A stretch of DNA of 64,000 nt from an uncultured Planctomycetota bacterium. GTDB lineage: Bacteria > Planctomycetota > Planctomycetia > Isosphaerales > Isosphaeraceae. The stretch is taken from the NCBI GenBank assembly GCA_963737655.1, contig CAVTTN010000002.1, positions 992,001-1,056,000 of the forward strand, in the 5' to 3' direction. Position numbers and translations under genes: made by a program. Below the pieces are notes generated by a model. The model saw nothing but the letters and a program-made list of their open reading frames with translations, was not told the origin of the DNA and made no database searches. Below, in pieces: positions 60,731 to 64,000 of this stretch. Each line of letters opens with the position of its first letter. The stretch's first letter is position 1.

Positions 60731-62343
60731 CTATTCCTCGCCCGTCTCGAAGCAAGCCAGGATCGAGGGCGGGAGGCAGGCCCGGGCGGTCTTCCTCAGC
60801 GCACCGTCCTCGTTGCGGAGGCTCAACTCCCCCAGGACGAACCGCGCCCAGATGCTCGCAGGAATTCGCGGACGGCCCTCGCGCGGCCGGGACCGATCGA
60901 GGGGGCGAGTCAGGAGGAACCACGGCTCCTCGATCGGCTGGCTCTCGGGCGTCAACGCGATCCAGCAGAGTTCCGACAGAGCCTCGTCCTGGACGGGGCA
61001 GAGGTACCGGCGGTCGCCCCAGGTGATCCATCGATATCGGGAAGACCGGGGTGAGGACCTCCACGACGGTCCATATCGGGAAGACCGGGGCGAGGACCTC
61101 CACGTTCGATATCGGAAAGACCGGAGTAAGGACCTCCGCCATAAAGGGCTGTTGAACGCGATGAAATGGACCTCGTCGCCGTCGCTCTCCAATCGCCCAT
61201 GAAACCACTTCCAACCGACATGATCCTCCTCGGACAAGGCATATCGCCCGTCCGGCTCGATCCGAAGCCAGTCTTCCCGGCGATCGGAAGGGGACCACGT
61301 CGCCGGGCGGTAGGTCCCCGCGAAGTCACGAAACGGCCCTTCGGGCGTGACGCCCCGGGCCAGGGGCACGTCCCATCGCCGGGTCGGCACGAAGTCGGCC
61401 GTGCCGCCCAGTCCGTCCTTCAAGGGCAGGCGGACGGTCCGGTAGCCGGGCGCGGAGACCTCCAGCCAGCGGCCCCAGGTCTCAAAATCGCCCAGCGCCC
61501 AGAACGCATTTTGCTCGCCCGTCACCAGGAATCGATCGGCCACGGTCGCCCGGCCATCCTCGCCGACCAGGGCTCTGGCAGGGCCCGGCCCCGGCTCCTT
61601 CCGGAACGCATCGGTGACCGCGACGAACGCCCCCGGGATCGGCCGCCCCGAAACCTCGTCCAGGACCCGGAACACGAGGGGGACGTCCACTTCCTCCTCG
61701 AACGGCCTGGGCACCGTCAGTGCCGCCACGAACGCGCCGACGAAGACGAGGCTGACCCCGGCCGCCACCGCCCGGAACCGCCACCGGGGCAACCCCCTCG
61801 CCGATCGCCTCGCCGCCCATCCGCCCAGCGCGCCGACGATCGCCGGGACAAGGGAGAGGGCCGCGACATGAGTCAAGATCTGCAAACCCGCCTGGATTTG
61901 CAATCGATATTGATAATAATAATTTGCACTTGTGAACCTTTGGACCTTCAGGACGAGCTTGAGCAGGCCCATCGCCAGTACATTGAGGTAGATCGAGTCT
62001 TCCCGCAACAGGTCGGGCCGGAACAGGCCAATCAGCCCCACCAGGGCGAGGATGTGGATGGCCAGGAACGTGAACCCGGGGGGTCGGCGGCGCGGGGCCT
62101 CGCCGACCCCGCCGCGAGGCTCTCGGGCCCCCGCCGAGAGGTAGGCCGCCGCCCCGATCAGGCCTGCGTTGGCCAGCGGCAAGCACGCGATCACCAGCAA
62201 TGCGAGCGGGGGCTCCGGAAGCATCTCCTCCAGCGCGTCCCAGGACGACGGCACCAGGGCGCAAAGACCCAGGCATCGACGGCCGCCAGGCCCACGATCC
62301 CCAGCATCCAACTTATCGAGATCCGAACGCGCGGGAATTTCAT
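60731..62343 (-). CDS. Hypothetical membrane protein, paralogue B (frameshift near 62260)
   Basis: MKFPRVRISISWMLGIVGLAA; PPGFTFLAIHILAL; RPFEEEVDVPLVFRVLDE; FETWGRWLEVS; same upstream GGAGTCGTTCGATC-ATG as paralogue A. Confidence 0.75.
61034..61140. repeat. Three degenerate in-frame tandem repeats (39 and 36 nt period) inside paralogue B
   Basis: ATATCGG(G/A)AAGACCGG(G/A)G(T/C)(G/A)AGGACCTCC starting at 61034, 61073 and 61109. Confidence 0.85.
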
Positions 62344-62770
62344 GATCGAACGACTCCGTCCCGGTCGTCGAATCCACATCGATGGACTCTACAACGACGG
62401 AGCCCACCCGTCCATGCCGCTCAACGGGCGGGGCCGGCCTCGCAATCCACCAGATGTGTCGAATCGTTTTCGCGACCAAACTTGACTACACTTCGGCCGA
62501 ACTTGACAACACTTTTTCGCGAAAAACGTCCCAAAGGGCGGAAAAACGGCCGTTTCCCGGTGCCAGTCGGTCGTACCAGCGGACAGGCGCGCATATCACA
62601 ACTCGTCGCAAGTCCAGGCCGATAAGGCCCGCCCCCAAAGAGGTTCGGTCCGCCTTCAACGAATTTCCTCGGACCCCAAAATGCGTCCCAAATCGGCGAA
62701 TCCGGCGGGCGGACCGCGACGCCCCATTGGATCGACGGCGCCTCCTCGACGACCCTGGACTCAAGAACGA

Positions 62771-62871
62771 GCCTTCGGCAACCGCAGATGACGCAGATTA
62801 CGCAGATGAAAATCTTAACCCATCTGTTCCCCAAATCTGCGTAATCTGCGTCATCTGCGGTTGCCGAAGGC
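62771..62871. repeat. Palindromic element with perfect 37-bp arms and triplicated 9-nt units
   Basis: GCCTTCGGCAACCGCAGATGACGCAGATTACGCAGAT and its exact reverse complement; same unit as the inner element at 27484-27562. Confidence 0.9.
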
Positions 62872-63053
62872 GCTTCCCTCCAACGTCGAATCCCATGTCG
62901 CCCGGCCCGTTCCGAAAATCTCTCAAGGATTGGGTGATCGCCGGAGAGGGCCGGTCGCGATGGTGTCCCTCGTCAGGGCTGCGATCCGTCGAGCGAATTT
63001 CATCGGGGGTCCTTCCATCGAGGGCTCACCCCGCGAGCATATTTTCCCATGCG

Positions 63054-64000
63054 TCACTTCTTCCCCTCGAACGCCACCCGCCAGACCGTCCCCGAGCCGT
63101 CGTCGGTCACGAGCAGGGCGCCGTCCCTGGCCACGGTCACGCCGACCGGGCGGCCCCAGACGTTGCCGTCGGGGGTGACGAAGCCGACGAGGAAGTCTTC
63201 ATATTCCCCGGTGGCCTTTCCGTCCTTCATCGGCACCCGGATCACCTTGTAACCCGTCCGCCTCGCCCGGTTCCACGAGCCGTGTTCGGACGCGAAAGCG
63301 TCGTTCTTGTACTCTTTGGGAAACATTTCGCCGGTATAGAACGTCATGTCGAGCGACGCGGAGTGGGACTGGAGCAACACGTCGGGCACGATCACCTTGT
63401 CCTGGAGCTCGGGGTGCTTCCCCTTGTGCCGGGGGTCCTGGTGGCCGCCGATGTAATAGAACGGCCAGCCGTAGAAGCCGCCTTCCTGGACGTGGGTGAT
63501 GTAATCGGGGACGAGGTGATCTCCGAGGCCGTCCCTCTCGTTGACCGAAGCCCAGAGCTTGCCGGTGGTTGGGTCGATCGCCAGGCCCACCGCGTTGCGA
63601 ATCCCCGACGCATAGATCCGCTCGTTCTTCCCCTCGGGGTCGAACGCCAGGATGTCGGCCCGACGGGCCTCGGCCTTCGCGGTGTCGGTGTCGTCCACGT
63701 TCGAACGTGAGCCCACCGAAACAAACATGGTCTTGCCGTCAGGCGAGAACAGGACGTCGCGGGTCCAGTGGCCGCCGCCGGTCAACCGGCCGCCGCCGGG
63801 GAGGTCGGCCACGACCGTCTCGGGCTTGCCCTCCGCCTCGGTCTGGCCATTTTTGTACGGAAACCGCACGACCGAATCGGTATTCGCCACATAAACGAAC
63901 GCCGGCTCCGGGCCCGGAGGATAGAACGCGACCCCGAACGGCTGGCGGAGGCCGGTGGCGAAGTCCTTCACCAGCTCGGGCGTGCCGTCGCCGTCGGCGT
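63054..64000 (-). CDS. Glucose/sorbosone dehydrogenase-family (PQQ-type beta-propeller) protein, 5' end outside the window
   Basis: GHWTRDV, FVSVGS, GIRNAVGL, VNERDGLGD, GFYGWP, HGSWNR, WGRPVGV, LLVTDD. Confidence 0.92.
   Translation of the reverse strand, partial: ADGDGTPELVKDFATGLRQPFGVAFYPPGPEPAFVYVANTDSVVRFPYKNGQTEAEGKPETVVADLPGGGRLTGGGHWTRDVLFSPDGKTMFVSVGSRSNVDDTDTAKAEARRADILAFDPEGKNERIYASGIRNAVGLAIDPTTGKLWASVNERDGLGDHLVPDYITHVQEGGFYGWPFYYIGGHQDPRHKGKHPELQDKVIVPDVLLQSHSASLDMTFYTGEMFPKEYKNDAFASEHGSWNRARRTGYKVIRVPMKDGKATGEYEDFLVGFVTPDGNVWGRPVGVTVARDGALLVTDDGSGTVWRVAFEGKK

Noticed and set aside
61034..61140. CRISPR array
   Set aside because: The units are nearly contiguous with only 4-7 nt between them, lie in frame within a CDS, and there are no cas genes.
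59163..62343. Diversity-generating retroelement
   Set aside because: No RT and no template/variable repeat pair differing only at adenines could be found.

Overview
A GC-rich bacterial chromosomal segment, very probably from a planctomycete (Isosphaeraceae-like). Evidence for that: a DUF1501/DUF1549-DUF1553/planctomycete cytochrome-WD40 module, an ECF sigma factor with a long C-terminal extension, a Ser/Thr kinase-TPR protein, several N-terminal 'LE..R.LL' proteins and PEP-CTERM proteins. Contents in order: a tyrosine/dual-specificity phosphatase; tRNA-Ser(GCT); an efflux cluster (two TolC, MFP, RND); mdh; a giant secreted repeat protein with a C-terminal dockerin-like domain beside a cohesin-like PEP-CTERM protein; a GlgE-pathway glucan cluster (glgE, maltokinase-glgB fusion, glgM-type glgA); sugar epimerases; a vapBC-like pair; queE; ABC-F; M23; SGNH; a kinase; two tandem paralogous membrane proteins; and a sugar dehydrogenase. 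About ten genes carry frameshifts, and those I could check are single-base losses in G/C runs, so they look like assembly errors. The best leads for new biology are: (1) two divergent signal-peptide leader ORFs ending in '-RC-stop' ahead of the MFP and RND genes; (2) a dockerin / cohesin-PEP-CTERM surface-anchoring pair; (3) a 234-bp highly structured MITE with CAGGG ends and a 10-bp target duplication; (4) palindromic elements built from triplicated 8-9-nt units, one of them nested; (5) several REP families, one of which supplies stop codons. All calls come from reading motifs by eye; no database searches were run.
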